Part shown: one piece after another, positions 63,588-64,000 of the stretch
How the letters are laid out: every line of letters starts with the position of its first letter
Numbering within the stretch: position 1 is the stretch's first letter
From: a virus
Taxonomy: Duplodnaviria > Caudoviricetes
DNA length: 64,000 nt
Direction: 5' to 3' (one strand)
Virus record (IMG/VR): IMGVR_UViG_3300028886_000070
Coordinates: 31,070-95,069 of that record
Position numbers and translations under genes: made by a program
Notes under the pieces: generated by a model
Databases searched by the model: none
What the model saw: the letters and a program-made list of their open reading frames with translations, nothing else
Told to the model about the DNA's origin: nothing

Positions 63588-63617
63588 TTGACGCCGACTC
63601 CGGCGTCATGGTATAAT
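63588..63617 (+). promoter_or_regulatory. sigma70-type promoter with internal palindrome
   Basis: TTGACG-N18-TATAAT; TGACGCCG-actc-CGGCGTCA. Confidence 0.75.
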
Positions 63618-63657
63618 ACGGATCCGAAAGCCCGAGTCGGGCAAGGAAGGAAACCTA

Positions 63658-64000
63658 ATGGAATTGCAGGACTGGCAGGTTCCGCTTGCGGAACATCAGA
63701 CGCGCGTGCTCCGAGAGGGCCGCGTGATGCTTTCCGCGTGCCACACCGGCAGCGGGAAGACCTACCTCGCGTGCCAGACGATCAAGGACCTCAAGATGCC
63801 CACGCTCGTCGTGTGCCCCAAGGTCGCGATCTCGCAGTGGAGACACGTCGTCGAGGGCATGGGGTGCAGGCCCTACGTCATCGACGTCGTGAACCCCGAG
63901 AGGCTGGTCGCGGGCAGGAACCCGTACTACAACAACGACACCGGCTGGGCGTCGCTCGACGGAAACCGCCCGTGCCTCCTGGTGGTGGACGAGGGCCACC
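63658..64000 (+). CDS. Superfamily 2 (DExH/SNF2-like) helicase, 5' part
   Basis: LQDWQ Q-motif, HTGSGKT Walker A, LVVCPK motif Ia, VVDEGH Walker B; runs off the window. Confidence 0.85.
   Translation, partial: MELQDWQVPLAEHQTRVLREGRVMLSACHTGSGKTYLACQTIKDLKMPTLVVCPKVAISQWRHVVEGMGCRPYVIDVVNPERLVAGRNPYYNNDTGWASLDGNRPCLLVVDEGH

Noticed and set aside
1-64000. Alternative genetic code or integrated prophage boundaries
   Set aside because: Genes are intact under code 11 using all three stops, and no integrase, att site or host genes are visible.

Overview
The window is part of a high-GC, tailed dsDNA phage genome with podovirus-like organisation; no tape-measure, sheath, integrase or host housekeeping genes are seen. 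The left arm (<1-46369, minus strand) is the virion/late module. It holds a giant ORF of at least 4424 aa that runs off the window and is missing from the ORF track; this ORF carries a double-psi-barrel RNA polymerase catalytic motif (GCDHDGDK) and is most likely a crAss-type virion RNA polymerase. The arm also holds four probable ejection proteins, a head-tail adaptor, major capsid, scaffold, portal, tail proteins, terminase large subunit, lipoproteins and tail fibres. An unusual block of signal-peptide-bearing, fibre-like proteins enriched in [S/T]-N motifs sits at about 40.4-46.4 kb. The centre (46.4-50.5 kb) is a divergence region with an AT-rich stretch, an HNH/NUMOD gene and a ~1.9 kb array of structured non-coding RNAs. 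These include a tmRNA-sized tRNA-ended RNA, two circularly permuted tRNA mimics with Y-RNA/YrlA-like topology, and repeated CGUAA hairpins. The right arm (50.5-64 kb, plus strand) is about 30 small, mostly acidic, tightly coupled early genes followed by an SF2 helicase. Most long ORFs in the supplied track are antisense or off-frame shadows. Product names come from motifs and synteny read by eye; no database search was run.
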